64,000 nt of DNA. Origin: Anaerolineales bacterium. GTDB taxonomy: Bacteria; Chloroflexota; Anaerolineae; Anaerolineales; JABWBV01. Position 1 is the stretch's first letter. The number at the start of each line of letters is the position of its first letter. Shown here piece by piece: positions 42,992 to 51,862 of this stretch. Below the pieces are notes generated by a model that saw only the letters and a list, made by a program, of their open reading frames with translations, was not told the DNA's origin and ran no database searches. The stretch lies in assembly GCA_035512695.1 (NCBI GenBank), contig DATKDL010000146.1, positions 3,547-67,546 of the forward strand, given 5' to 3'. A program made the translations under genes and the position numbers.

Positions 42992-44470
42992 TCATTGCCC
43001 GGAAACGACCCGGCTTTCCAAATTCGAGCACTCGCACGCCCGGATGATCTGGTTGCCGCGTACGAGCAGCCCCAGGTACGCGGTTGCGCCGTCCTGGGCA
43101 ACCCAGCCTTCCAGGTTGAAGGGGAGTACACCGGAACCGGCGAGGATCCATTCCCCGTTGTATTTGCGGGCGATGTGGATGTGCGTGCCGGTCGATGTGC
43201 CGCCTTCGCAGGAGGGATGGCCGACCGGATCCCCGCGCTGAAGATGATCCCCGACGCGGACGCGGTCCTCGGTTGCAATATGCAGAAAAAAGATCGCCCA
43301 GCCGGTGCGCTCGTCGCCATCGAGGTCCAGATCGAGCACGGCGATCCCGGGCTGCGAACGGACGATCAACCCCTCCGCCGGGGCGGTGACCCAATCGCTC
43401 GACTCGAAACAGCCCTGGGTCGTGCTCGGCGGAGCGAAATCCAGCCCGGCAAACGGGGCGCCCTTTCCCCATCCGGTGTGGGGTCCGCCTGTGTAGGTCC
43501 AGGGTTTACGCGGTTCGAAAGGCAGGAAAAGCTCGGGCTGCGTCAGGCTGCCGGGGATATGCGGCTCATCCGACTCCCAGGGGTCGCCGAAATATGCCTG
43601 GTACACGGCGGCCAGGCCATCGGGGCCGATCGCCCGGTGATATGGATCCGGTAGGTGCAGCCGGGAGAAATAGTGCTGCAGTGAAACGGTCGCGGCGTTC
43701 TGCCATGGGTCCGGTCGTTCGAGCGCTCCTCCGATCAAATCGAAGGAGAGCAGCTTGCCGATCCGCCAGCTATAGTAGCCGTTGTTCAGGAGGTTGGCTG
43801 CCCAGACGAGCTGTAGATAAAGCCCCTGGTTGGATGTACCGCGATATCCGAGCAGGTCCGAGTCCACGTTTACAGGCGGTACCGGATCGCTCAGCGCCCG
43901 GGTTTGATACTCGAGCAGGGCCAGGAGCAGCCGCGGGTCGACGCTGAAATTGATCGCCACCTGGTCGACGATTTCGCCGCCGAAACGGTTTTGTCCCCCG
44001 ATGAAAGCGACCTGCCCTTTCAGCCAACCCGGCTGCTGCAGGACGAATGTCCCGGTGTCGAACCTGCTGGCGGACGGCCCGTTGACGAACCGCCAATCCG
44101 GCAGGATCCGATAGGGTGAGCCCCACAGCGGCAGATAATAGATCGGGATCTGCATCGGCATTCCCGGGGGCATCGTGGTCGCATCGAGCGGGATGACCGG
44201 GTTCGCTTCCCGGATCTCGGCGACCGAGGTGTTGAACCGGGCTGCCAGCGCATCCAAAGTGTCTCCGGGTTGGGCGGTATATTCGACCAGTTCCCCCGGG
44301 GCATAGCGCGGCCGGGTCGGGAATGGAGAAGGCTCCGGAAACGGGGTCGTCGTCTCGGTCGGCGCCGGCTCAGGTGATTCTTCGTCCGGAGCCGGCATTT
44401 CCGCGGCAGGTGTGCAGCCGCCGATAAGGACGGCTGCCAGCCAAATATACAGCGATAATCTTCTATTCAT
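42992..44470 (-). CDS. LysM domain + M23-family peptidase-like lipoprotein, tandem paralog 4 of 4 (transcription order)
   Basis: 492 aa. Lipobox LIGGC, LysM YTAQPGDTLDALAARFNTSVAEIREANP, C-terminal GHPSCEGGTSTGTHIHIARKYNGEW. Confidence 0.8.
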   Translation of the reverse strand: MNRRLSLYIWLAAVLIGGCTPAAEMPAPDEESPEPAPTETTTPFPEPSPFPTRPRYAPGELVEYTAQPGDTLDALAARFNTSVAEIREANPVIPLDATTMPPGMPMQIPIYYLPLWGSPYRILPDWRFVNGPSASRFDTGTFVLQQPGWLKGQVAFIGGQNRFGGEIVDQVAINFSVDPRLLLALLEYQTRALSDPVPPVNVDSDLLGYRGTSNQGLYLQLVWAANLLNNGYYSWRIGKLLSFDLIGGALERPDPWQNAATVSLQHYFSRLHLPDPYHRAIGPDGLAAVYQAYFGDPWESDEPHIPGSLTQPELFLPFEPRKPWTYTGGPHTGWGKGAPFAGLDFAPPSTTQGCFESSDWVTAPAEGLIVRSQPGIAVLDLDLDGDERTGWAIFFLHIATEDRVRVGDHLQRGDPVGHPSCEGGTSTGTHIHIARKYNGEWILAGSGVLPFNLEGWVAQDGATAYLGLLVRGNQIIRACECSNLESRVVSGQ

Positions 44471-46040
44471 TCGTGATCCAACTCACACGCCAACTGCAGA
44501 CACAGGCGATAAGGACGGTACCGTCGCGTGTCAGCGTGCCCTCGTATGGCGCCGGCCCGTCGACGGCGATCCAGCCGCCCAAATTGAACGGCAGCGGCCC
44601 CGTTCCGGCCGCGATCCATTCGCCGTTCAGCTTGCGAACGATATGCAGGTGCGTCCCGAGCGCCCGTCCCCCCTCGCAAGACGGCTGCCCGAGCCGCTCT
44701 CCGGTCTGCAGATAGCGGCCCACTTCCGCCCTTCCTTCAGCGCCGACGTGCAGGTACATGATCACCCAGCCGGTGGTCTCGTCCCCGTCCCCATCCAGGT
44801 CCTGGATCAGCAGCCCGTACTCGGACCGGACGACCAACCCGTCCGCGGCGGCGACGACCCAGGCCGGGGTCGGCTGGCAGCCGGGTTCGGCGCTGGCCGG
44901 TGCGAAATCCAGCGCTGCCGCTGGTCCGTTCTTTTCGTACGCCGCATGCGGCCCGCCGGTGTAGCTCCAGACCAAGCCCGGCTCGAACGGCAGCGTCATG
45001 GGCGGTTGGACCGCCCCGTCGGGGATCGTAACCCGCGCGCGGCCCCACGGATCGCCGAACATCGCCTCGAAGGTGGCCGGAAACCCGGTCTCCGGATTGA
45101 GCGCCGTCCGAAAACCGTCCGCATCATAAAGCAATGCGAACAAACGGTACAGGGCCGCCGTGCCGGCGTTCAGACGGGGGTTCAGCCGGACAACGGACCC
45201 GTCTTGCAGTGTGACCTCTGTCAGTGTCCCGAGACGCCAACCGTAATACCCGACCGAAAGTTCATGCACGCCCCAAATCAGCTGTCCGTAAAGATCGAAC
45301 CGCAGGGTGAAATCCGCCCCGAGATAGGGCTCCGGGTTTTCGGCCGGGCCCAGGACGCAGCGGCATTGGTATTCGAGCAGCGCGAGCAGCAAGCGCGGGT
45401 TGGCGCTGTTCTCGATCGACACGAGATCGACGATATCGGCTGCCGTATTCCAGGCATTAAGCATCAAATATTGCCGGTGACCGGCCAGAAATCCACCGGC
45501 CTCTTCTAGATAGGCGGTGACGTTGAAATCACGAGCGGCGGCGGAGAAGATGATCTCACTGTCGGGGAGTAGCCGGACGGCCGGACCATGGACATCCAAC
45601 CCGGGTGGGATCCACAACGCCGTTCCGGTAGGCAGCAGCCGGTTCGGGTCGAAACCGATACCCGCTTCCGCACCGGCATCCGCCGGCGGACAAAAGGTTT
45701 CGACCGGCTCGTAACATCGCAGATCCAGCGGTTTTCCGCCGAAGCGGGCCGCAACGACCTGGAAGGTATCCCCCGGCTGGCTGAGATACAAGTTGGCCGG
45801 CGGCGTGCGGGTGGCCTGTGGAGCGGCCGGATGGTCTTCGGGTTGTGTCGGAGCCGGCACGGTCTCGAGCGGAATGACGGGTGTCGGGCTTGCAACCGGC
45901 GCAGCCGGCGTGAACGGATCGACAGGAGAGACCAGAGCCGCTGTAGGCGGAGCGCAGCCGTTCAGGATCGCCCCTAGAAAGGCGCAGCCCGCCGCCAGCC
46001 GCATACGGCGATCTTTCCCCCGGGACTTTGATGCCATCAA
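44463..46040 (-). CDS. LysM + M23-family peptidase-like lipoprotein, paralog 3 of 4
   Basis: 525 aa. Lipobox ILNGC, LysM-like YLSQPGDTFQVVAARFG, GQPSCEGGRALGTHLHIVRKLNGEW. 8-nt overlap with the next gene. Confidence 0.8.
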   Translation of the reverse strand: MMASKSRGKDRRMRLAAGCAFLGAILNGCAPPTAALVSPVDPFTPAAPVASPTPVIPLETVPAPTQPEDHPAAPQATRTPPANLYLSQPGDTFQVVAARFGGKPLDLRCYEPVETFCPPADAGAEAGIGFDPNRLLPTGTALWIPPGLDVHGPAVRLLPDSEIIFSAAARDFNVTAYLEEAGGFLAGHRQYLMLNAWNTAADIVDLVSIENSANPRLLLALLEYQCRCVLGPAENPEPYLGADFTLRFDLYGQLIWGVHELSVGYYGWRLGTLTEVTLQDGSVVRLNPRLNAGTAALYRLFALLYDADGFRTALNPETGFPATFEAMFGDPWGRARVTIPDGAVQPPMTLPFEPGLVWSYTGGPHAAYEKNGPAAALDFAPASAEPGCQPTPAWVVAAADGLVVRSEYGLLIQDLDGDGDETTGWVIMYLHVGAEGRAEVGRYLQTGERLGQPSCEGGRALGTHLHIVRKLNGEWIAAGTGPLPFNLGGWIAVDGPAPYEGTLTRDGTVLIACVCSWRVSWITNE

Positions 46041-47629
46041 TTATCCCGCGTGACCAGCGTGCTGGCGGTTCCGAGCTGGTTTGCCTTGATCACGACATCG
46101 CCGCGCGTCAACGTGCCTTCGTACGGCGCCGATCCCGCACCGACAACCCATCCGCTCAGATTGAACGGGATCGAGCCCCCAGCTAACATCCACTCCCCGT
46201 TGTATTTGCGGGCGATGTGAATATGAGTCCCGGTCGAAAAGCCGCCTTCGCAGGACGGACGGCCCAGGAACTGCCCGGTCGAGACCCACGTTCCGGTCTC
46301 AAGCTTGTTTTCGGATGCCAGATGCAGGTATACCAGCACCCAGCCGGTGCTTTCGTTTCCGTCCCCGTCCAGGTCGAGCACCAGGACGCCCTCCGCTGTA
46401 CGCACGACGACACCCGGTGCGGCGGCCGTCACCCATTCATCGGATGGAACGCAGCCGGGTTCCGTCGCTGAAGGGGCAAAATCGATCGCAGCCATGGCGC
46501 CGGTACGACCCCAGGCGCCGTGCGGACCGCCGGAAAAGCTCCAGGTCGATCCCATTTCAAATGGCAGGATCATTTCAGGCTGGTCGAGGGTGTTTGGAAA
46601 CATTGGTTCGAAGACGGCAGCCCGATCCCAGGGGTTGCCGAACATCCCGGCGTGCAGTGCGGCGAAACCGGTATCGGGATGGGTGGCTGCCAACCAGTCC
46701 GTGGAACTGAGCACCTGGGCGAAAAAGTACATGATGGCCACGCTGCCGGCGTTGAGATCCGGCGCCAGCCGGGCGAGCGCCCCGTCCGTAAAAATGACGT
46801 CGGTCAGCAAACCTTCCCGCCAGCCGTAATAACCGACCGACAGATGACCGACCGCCCAGTTGAGCTGTGCGTAGAGTCCATCGCGGTTCGGATCGATCAG
46901 CCCCATCGGGTATTTTTCCTGCGTATCGTTGACCGGCTGGCCGTAAACCCAGCCCGCCCGGTACTGCAGCAGCGCCAGCAGGACTCGCGGGCTGATGCTG
47001 TTCGCGAGGGCGACCCGGTCAACGATTTCCGCCCCGTCCGTCCACCCGGTTCCCAGGTACTGCCGGTAGGTCGCGAGATAACCGCCGGAGGCGGCGACGA
47101 AGCCGTGGGTGTCGAACAGCGCCGCCGACGGCGAATGGACCAGGTCGCTGTCCGGGACGAGCCGGGTGGCCGAGGTCGTGTTCGCTAACCTGCGCGGGAT
47201 GATCAGCAGCTGGCCGGGACGGATGAGCCCGATCTCTGAAAAAGGGTCCGGAGAGGTGATCTCAGCCGGCAGAACCGAAAACCGCACGGCGAGCGGGTAG
47301 ATCGAATCTCCGGCCTGAGCGTTGTACAAATACGGCGTGTTGTCGATGATGACGGCGTCCGGCGGCGGTGTGGCGGTCGGTGGCAGGGTCGGCGAAGGCA
47401 GCGCTACGACATCGCCTGATGGCGCCGGAGACTCGAGAACCCCCTCATCGGGACCGGGAGTATTGGTCAGCCAGGTGATCGGCGCAGGGGTTGGCAGGTC
47501 GCCCGGCGGCGCCGTCAGCGGCAGGTTGCAGGCCAGCAGAGCAAGCAGAAGGGCAAACAACGCCCACCGGATCGCCCACTTTCCACCCGCGCGGTTATCG
47601 TGAAATCTCGTTCTCTTCAAAGCGTCCAT
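46037..47629 (-). CDS. LysM + M23-family peptidase-like lipoprotein, paralog 2 of 4
   Basis: 530 aa. Lipobox LLAC, YNAQAGDSIYPLAVRF, GRPSCEGGFSTGTHIHIARKYNGEW. 4-nt overlap with the next gene. Confidence 0.8.
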   Translation of the reverse strand: MDALKRTRFHDNRAGGKWAIRWALFALLLALLACNLPLTAPPGDLPTPAPITWLTNTPGPDEGVLESPAPSGDVVALPSPTLPPTATPPPDAVIIDNTPYLYNAQAGDSIYPLAVRFSVLPAEITSPDPFSEIGLIRPGQLLIIPRRLANTTSATRLVPDSDLVHSPSAALFDTHGFVAASGGYLATYRQYLGTGWTDGAEIVDRVALANSISPRVLLALLQYRAGWVYGQPVNDTQEKYPMGLIDPNRDGLYAQLNWAVGHLSVGYYGWREGLLTDVIFTDGALARLAPDLNAGSVAIMYFFAQVLSSTDWLAATHPDTGFAALHAGMFGNPWDRAAVFEPMFPNTLDQPEMILPFEMGSTWSFSGGPHGAWGRTGAMAAIDFAPSATEPGCVPSDEWVTAAAPGVVVRTAEGVLVLDLDGDGNESTGWVLVYLHLASENKLETGTWVSTGQFLGRPSCEGGFSTGTHIHIARKYNGEWMLAGGSIPFNLSGWVVGAGSAPYEGTLTRGDVVIKANQLGTASTLVTRDN

Positions 47630-49130
47630 TCTCGGCGACCACCGATCGTTCCCCTTTGATCAGCCAGCCGTTGTAATAAAAACCAACCCCGGTGGATGTC
47701 CAACCGTCCATGACAAAGGGGGTCTCCGGGCCGTCGGCGCTGATCCACTCGCCGTTGTATTTACGGGCGATGTGCAGATGGGTTCCGGTGGAAAACCCGC
47801 CCTCACAGGACGGATGCCCGATCCGGTCTCCGGTGGTCAGCATCTCGCCGGAGTCCACCCGCCCGCGCGTTTCAATGTGCATATATAAGATGACCCAGCC
47901 GGTCTGTTCGTTTCCGTCGCCATCCAGATCCTGGACAACGCGCCCTTTCCCCGAGCGGACGATCAGGCCGTCCGCGATAGCGGTGACCCAGGCGTTGCTC
48001 TGGACGCATCCCAGCGCTTCCCCGGGAGGTGCAAAATCGAGCGCGGCCCAGGCCGACCCGTCGCCCCAACCGCCGTGCGGGCCGCCTGTGAAGAACCAGC
48101 TCACATTGCGTTCGAACGGCAGCTGAAAATCCGGTTGGGCGAGCCCGTCCGGGATCAGCGGCTCGACGGGGAATATAAAAGGATAACCGAAAAACGACCG
48201 GTATGTGGCGAACAGCCCCCCTTCGCTGATCGCTTCCGTCCAGGCGGCATGACCGTGCAGCCGAGAAAAGAAATACTGGACCCCGACCGTCCCGGCGTTG
48301 ATCGTCGGATCGACCGGGACCAGGGATCCGTCGGTCAGGATGTAGGCCGAAAGAGACCCGACCCGCCAGAGATAGTATCCCCGGTTCAGGTTGTCGGCCG
48401 CCCAGGCGAGCTGTCGGTAGAGGCCCTGGCGGAAACCGTCGACCAGCCCCATCGGGTAAGTGCGTTCGGAAGGGTTCGACCGCGTCACCCAGCCGGATTG
48501 ATATTCGATCAACGCCAGCAGCAGGCGGGGATTGACCGAGAAATCGCGGGCGATCTCCGCGACGATTTCAGACCCGCTCATCGGAGCGCCGTCGACCTCC
48601 TCCATGTAACCTGCCAAAAACCCCCCTGCAGATTCGATGAAGGCTGTAGAGTCGAACCCGATCGCAGATGGACCGTTGACCAGCTCCGAATCCGGAACGA
48701 TCTTGAATCCCGGACCGGTCGCAAGCGGGGCCGGAGCCGGGATGACGAGGACCTGCCCGACCTCGAGAAGATCCGGGTTCTCCAGATCGTTTTGAGCGAT
48801 GATCTGTTCGATGGTGACCCCGTAGCGTTGAGCGATCCGGAGCAACGTATCTCCCGGTTGGACCGTGTATAAATCACTTTCTTCCCGTAGCGGGGGCAGC
48901 TCCGCCGGGGGATTGGGAGTCGGCGTGTCGTACACGACCTCCGTGTCCTGGGCGCCCGGCATAAAGGGGGTGGCAGAAATCGAATAGTCGGGTGTGTCCG
49001 TGGACGAAATGGAAGGCCCAAGCGCCCACGGGGCAGAACTGTCCGGTGCGGGTTGAATGCAGCCGGCCAGGGCCAGGATGAACAGCGCGGGCAGTGCGCG
49101 CCGCGGCGGGCCTGGAATGCGAATCGACAT
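47595..49130 (-). CDS. LysM + M23-family peptidase-like lipoprotein, paralog 1 of 4
   Basis: 511 aa. Lipobox LALAGC, LysM YTVQPGDTLLRIAQRYGVTIEQIIAQNDL, GHPSCEGGFSTGTHLHIARKYNGEW. Confidence 0.8.
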   Translation of the reverse strand: MSIRIPGPPRRALPALFILALAGCIQPAPDSSAPWALGPSISSTDTPDYSISATPFMPGAQDTEVVYDTPTPNPPAELPPLREESDLYTVQPGDTLLRIAQRYGVTIEQIIAQNDLENPDLLEVGQVLVIPAPAPLATGPGFKIVPDSELVNGPSAIGFDSTAFIESAGGFLAGYMEEVDGAPMSGSEIVAEIARDFSVNPRLLLALIEYQSGWVTRSNPSERTYPMGLVDGFRQGLYRQLAWAADNLNRGYYLWRVGSLSAYILTDGSLVPVDPTINAGTVGVQYFFSRLHGHAAWTEAISEGGLFATYRSFFGYPFIFPVEPLIPDGLAQPDFQLPFERNVSWFFTGGPHGGWGDGSAWAALDFAPPGEALGCVQSNAWVTAIADGLIVRSGKGRVVQDLDGDGNEQTGWVILYMHIETRGRVDSGEMLTTGDRIGHPSCEGGFSTGTHLHIARKYNGEWISADGPETPFVMDGWTSTGVGFYYNGWLIKGERSVVAENGRFEENEISR

Positions 49131-49142
49131 GGCGGTAGAATT

Positions 49143-49499
49143 CTATCGCAGCGAGATCACCACGCGCGTGCTTTCAAGATCGATGGCCGTGTACGCCGAA
49201 ATCTCCAGGTGCAGGCTGTCGCGGCTGTGGACGAGGAAGACCCCCCCGACTCCTTCGCCGAGGCCCAGGTATGTCCAGCCGGCCTCCTCCAGTTGCTCCA
49301 CGTAGAAGCGGTGGATTTCAGGCAGTGGCGCGCCGATCTCGTATTCGTAGAAACCGGTTTCTGAGGCGATCTCGACGGCGCCCGGCATGATCGGAATGTC
49401 CTGCCAGACCGCCGGTTCCGCCGGTGAAGTGGTACAGCCGGACGAGAGCATCAGCGACGGGAGAAGGATCGATACCAGGGTTAAACGGATGACGGACAT
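49143..49499 (-). CDS. small lipoprotein, unknown function
   Basis: ORF 49143..49550 trimmed to ATG 49499 (MSVIRLTLVSILLPSLMLSSGC lipobox). GATAAT lies 6 nt upstream. Confidence 0.55.
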   Translation of the reverse strand: MSVIRLTLVSILLPSLMLSSGCTTSPAEPAVWQDIPIMPGAVEIASETGFYEYEIGAPLPEIHRFYVEQLEEAGWTYLGLGEGVGGVFLVHSRDSLHLEISAYTAIDLESTRVVISLR

Positions 49500-50472
49500 G
49501 CTCACATTATCAACCAGAACGACAATTCGCGTACCGGCAACGACGGCCAATTTGGGTCCCGGTTTCGACTGCCTGGGGCTGGCCCTCGATCTTCACAACG
49601 AATTCGCCTTCGAAATACTATCTGAGAATGAGGGGCAATTCGTCGAGTCCGAAGGCTTCGGCGCCGGGGTGCTCCCGGCGGACCGGACCAACCTCGTCGT
49701 CCGCGCGTTTAACGCCGTCTTCGAACGCCTGGAGGCTCCGGCTCCTGGATTGCGCCTGCGCGCCCGGAACAGGTTCCCGATCGGTTCCGGATTAGGCTCT
49801 TCCGGTTCGGCGATCGCTGCCGGTGTGCTCGCTGCGCTGCGTTTCGCCGGCGCAGGTCCGGATCGCCTTGACCCGGTTGCGATCGCCGTCGAAATCGAAG
49901 GGCACCCGGACAACGTCTCGGCAGCCTTTCTCGGCGGCTTGACGGTCAGCATCGTGGCGGGCGGACGGACCCGCTCGGTGAAAGCGCCGGTCGCGCCCGG
50001 GTGGCGGGTGGGGGTCGTGGTCCCGGAAATCGAGATCACGACGGCGGCGATGCGCGCCGCCTTACCGGACCGGGTGGCATTCACGGACGCCGTCTTCAAC
50101 CTCGGCCGGACGGCCCTGGTCACCCTGGCGTTCTCCAAGGGGGAAACCGGGCTGCTCCGGGATGCAATGGAAGACCGGCTGCACCAGCCGGTCCGGCTAC
50201 CGCTGATTCCGGGAGCGGTCGAAGCATTGGATGCGGCCCGTGGGACCGGTGCGGCGGCGTCGCTTTCGGGCGCCGGCCCGGGCTTGATCGCGTTTTCGAC
50301 CGACGAGGATGCAGTTCGAGAGGCTGTCCGGAAAATGGAGGCGGTGTTTGCGGGCAGATCGATGAAAAGCTGGATGTGGGTGGGGAACATTTCGGAGCGG
50401 GGATGCGAGGAGGTGACAGTCACTGGGGGGAGTGAAAGTCATCGGGGGGGTGACAGTCACCTGGGGGAGTGA
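49498..50472 (+). CDS. thrB: homoserine kinase
   Basis: ORF 49387..50472; preferred start 49498 or 49489. Motifs VPATTANLGPGFD and GHMP motif PIGSGLGSSGSAIAAG. The C-terminal about 20 aa are encoded by a repeat/hairpin element. Confidence 0.85.
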   Translation: MLTLSTRTTIRVPATTANLGPGFDCLGLALDLHNEFAFEILSENEGQFVESEGFGAGVLPADRTNLVVRAFNAVFERLEAPAPGLRLRARNRFPIGSGLGSSGSAIAAGVLAALRFAGAGPDRLDPVAIAVEIEGHPDNVSAAFLGGLTVSIVAGGRTRSVKAPVAPGWRVGVVVPEIEITTAAMRAALPDRVAFTDAVFNLGRTALVTLAFSKGETGLLRDAMEDRLHQPVRLPLIPGAVEALDAARGTGAAASLSGAGPGLIAFSTDEDAVREAVRKMEAVFAGRSMKSWMWVGNISERGCEEVTVTGGSESHRGGDSHLGE

Positions 50473-50483
50473 CTGTCACCTCC
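50409..50483. terminator. composite repeat/hairpin at convergent gene ends: three copies of near-palindrome GTGAC(A/T)GTCAC
   Basis: GTGACAGTCAC at 50413..50423 and 50450..50460; GTGACTGTCAC at 50469..50479. A direct repeat of about 24 nt (GGTGACAGTCAC(C)TGGGGG(G)AGTGA) occurs twice. The outer arms GGAGGTGACAGTCAC / GTGACTGTCACCTCC are complementary. Confidence 0.7.
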
Positions 50484-51246
50484 CGAGTATCCCCTGAACC
50501 ACCGGCAGCGCAGCCTGCGCCCACAGTGCGTACTGCGCGGCCGAAGGATGCAGCCCATCCCCGGCGATCAGAGTGGGGTCGTCATAGGCCAGTTCCGAGA
50601 TCGGGAAGATATCGACGTATGCGACCCCGATCCGTTCCGACTCCTCGCGGTTTATGCGATTGAATTCGGCGATCTCCTCGGTGATCACCGCGGGGGAGCG
50701 GGCATCGCGTTCGGCGAACGACGTCATGCCCCAATCCGGAATGCTCAAAACGATCACCCGTCCCGGATCCCCGCCGGCGAGGTCGATCGCCTGCTCGACC
50801 AGCGCCGCAAACTCTCCCCGGTAATCCTCCAGCGCATAACCGCGAAACTGGTTATTTGCCCCGATCAGCAGGCTGACAAGCTCGTATTCAGTATCGAAAT
50901 CGGACGCAGCGATCGCTGCCGCCAGCTCCCCGGTCGTCCAGCCGGTCCGGGCGAGGATGTCCGGATCCTCCACCTTCACGCCGGCCTCCCGAAGCATTGC
51001 GGCCAGCTGTACGGGCCAGCGGCCGGCTTCGGGGACCGCTTCCCCGATGGTGAAGGAATCGCCCAGCGCAAGGTAACGGATCTCGGTCAACGAATCCTCC
51101 AGGGTCGGGACCGCCGTCGACAGGTTTTCCGCCTGTCCGGCTGGTCCGGTGTCGCGCGCGGAAACGCACGCGGTCGCCATAACCACGGTGATCGCGAGCG
51201 CACAACCGCCGCGACGAAATTTCGTAATATGCAATGTGAATGACAA
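50476..51246 (-). CDS. SGNH/GDSL hydrolase
   Basis: 256 aa. Block I YLALGDSFTIG, with a C-terminal DGLHPS block. Confidence 0.8.
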   Translation of the reverse strand: MSFTLHITKFRRGGCALAITVVMATACVSARDTGPAGQAENLSTAVPTLEDSLTEIRYLALGDSFTIGEAVPEAGRWPVQLAAMLREAGVKVEDPDILARTGWTTGELAAAIAASDFDTEYELVSLLIGANNQFRGYALEDYRGEFAALVEQAIDLAGGDPGRVIVLSIPDWGMTSFAERDARSPAVITEEIAEFNRINREESERIGVAYVDIFPISELAYDDPTLIAGDGLHPSAAQYALWAQAALPVVQGILGR

Positions 51247-51276
51247 GATCGGCTCGAATTATACTCACCTCAAACG

Positions 51277-51285
51277 TGCTATAAT
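51277..51285 (+). promoter_or_regulatory. extended -10 TGcTATAAT upstream of 51319 (SD AAGGAGGAAG)
   Basis: gtgctataatcggg read at 51276..51289. Confidence 0.45.
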
Positions 51286-51318
51286 CGGGCGAACAGGTCC
51301 ACCCCCAAGGAGGAAGTT

Positions 51319-51846
51319 ATGAGCAATCTCGGCGATCAGATCCTGTCCAAGATAACGGACAGCAAGGATTTGCTGACAAAAATCGGGAGCAAGATCCCCG
51401 GATTCAGCGGTTACATCGACCGGCAGGAACGCCGGAACTCTGACAAGCTGTTGCGCGATACCATCTACGATCGCACGATGACCCAGCACAAGCGCGTCTC
51501 CGAACTTCAAACCGAGCTGATCAGCGAAGGCGCCATCGCCTGGCTGGACGACATGGAAAAAGCCTCCATCCGTTTGCAGACCTTCGCCGACCGGATCCGC
51601 ACCGCGACGCGCGGGTATTCCAGCGTCTTCGAAGCGGTAAAGATCGATGAAGATGCCTTAAACAAGCTCCTGCAGTACGACAACGCACTGCTCGAGATGA
51701 CGGAATCGGTCAGCACAGCGATCGATCATGTACATGCCTCCCTCGGGACCGACGGATTGAAAGCAGCGATCAGGAACCTGCAGACCGTTTCCCAGGATTG
51801 CATCGATGCGTACAACAAACGGGACGAAATCGTCCTGACAGAGTAA
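51319..51846 (+). CDS. helical hypothetical protein, co-oriented with the SPFH gene
   Basis: 175 aa. Strong SD. Predicted all-helical, charged (MSNLGDQILSKITDSKDLLTKIGSKIPGFSGYIDRQERR...). No family recognised. Confidence 0.55.
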   Translation: MSNLGDQILSKITDSKDLLTKIGSKIPGFSGYIDRQERRNSDKLLRDTIYDRTMTQHKRVSELQTELISEGAIAWLDDMEKASIRLQTFADRIRTATRGYSSVFEAVKIDEDALNKLLQYDNALLEMTESVSTAIDHVHASLGTDGLKAAIRNLQTVSQDCIDAYNKRDEIVLTE

Positions 51847-51862
51847 GGGAAGGAGCGAGAAG

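Noticed and set aside
49489-49511. Divergent thrB and lipoprotein start codons overlapping within CATG (49498/49499)
   Set aside because: Start-codon choice is uncertain for both genes: thrB could use 49489 or 49498, and the lipoprotein could use another start. The apparent overlap may be an annotation ambiguity rather than biology.
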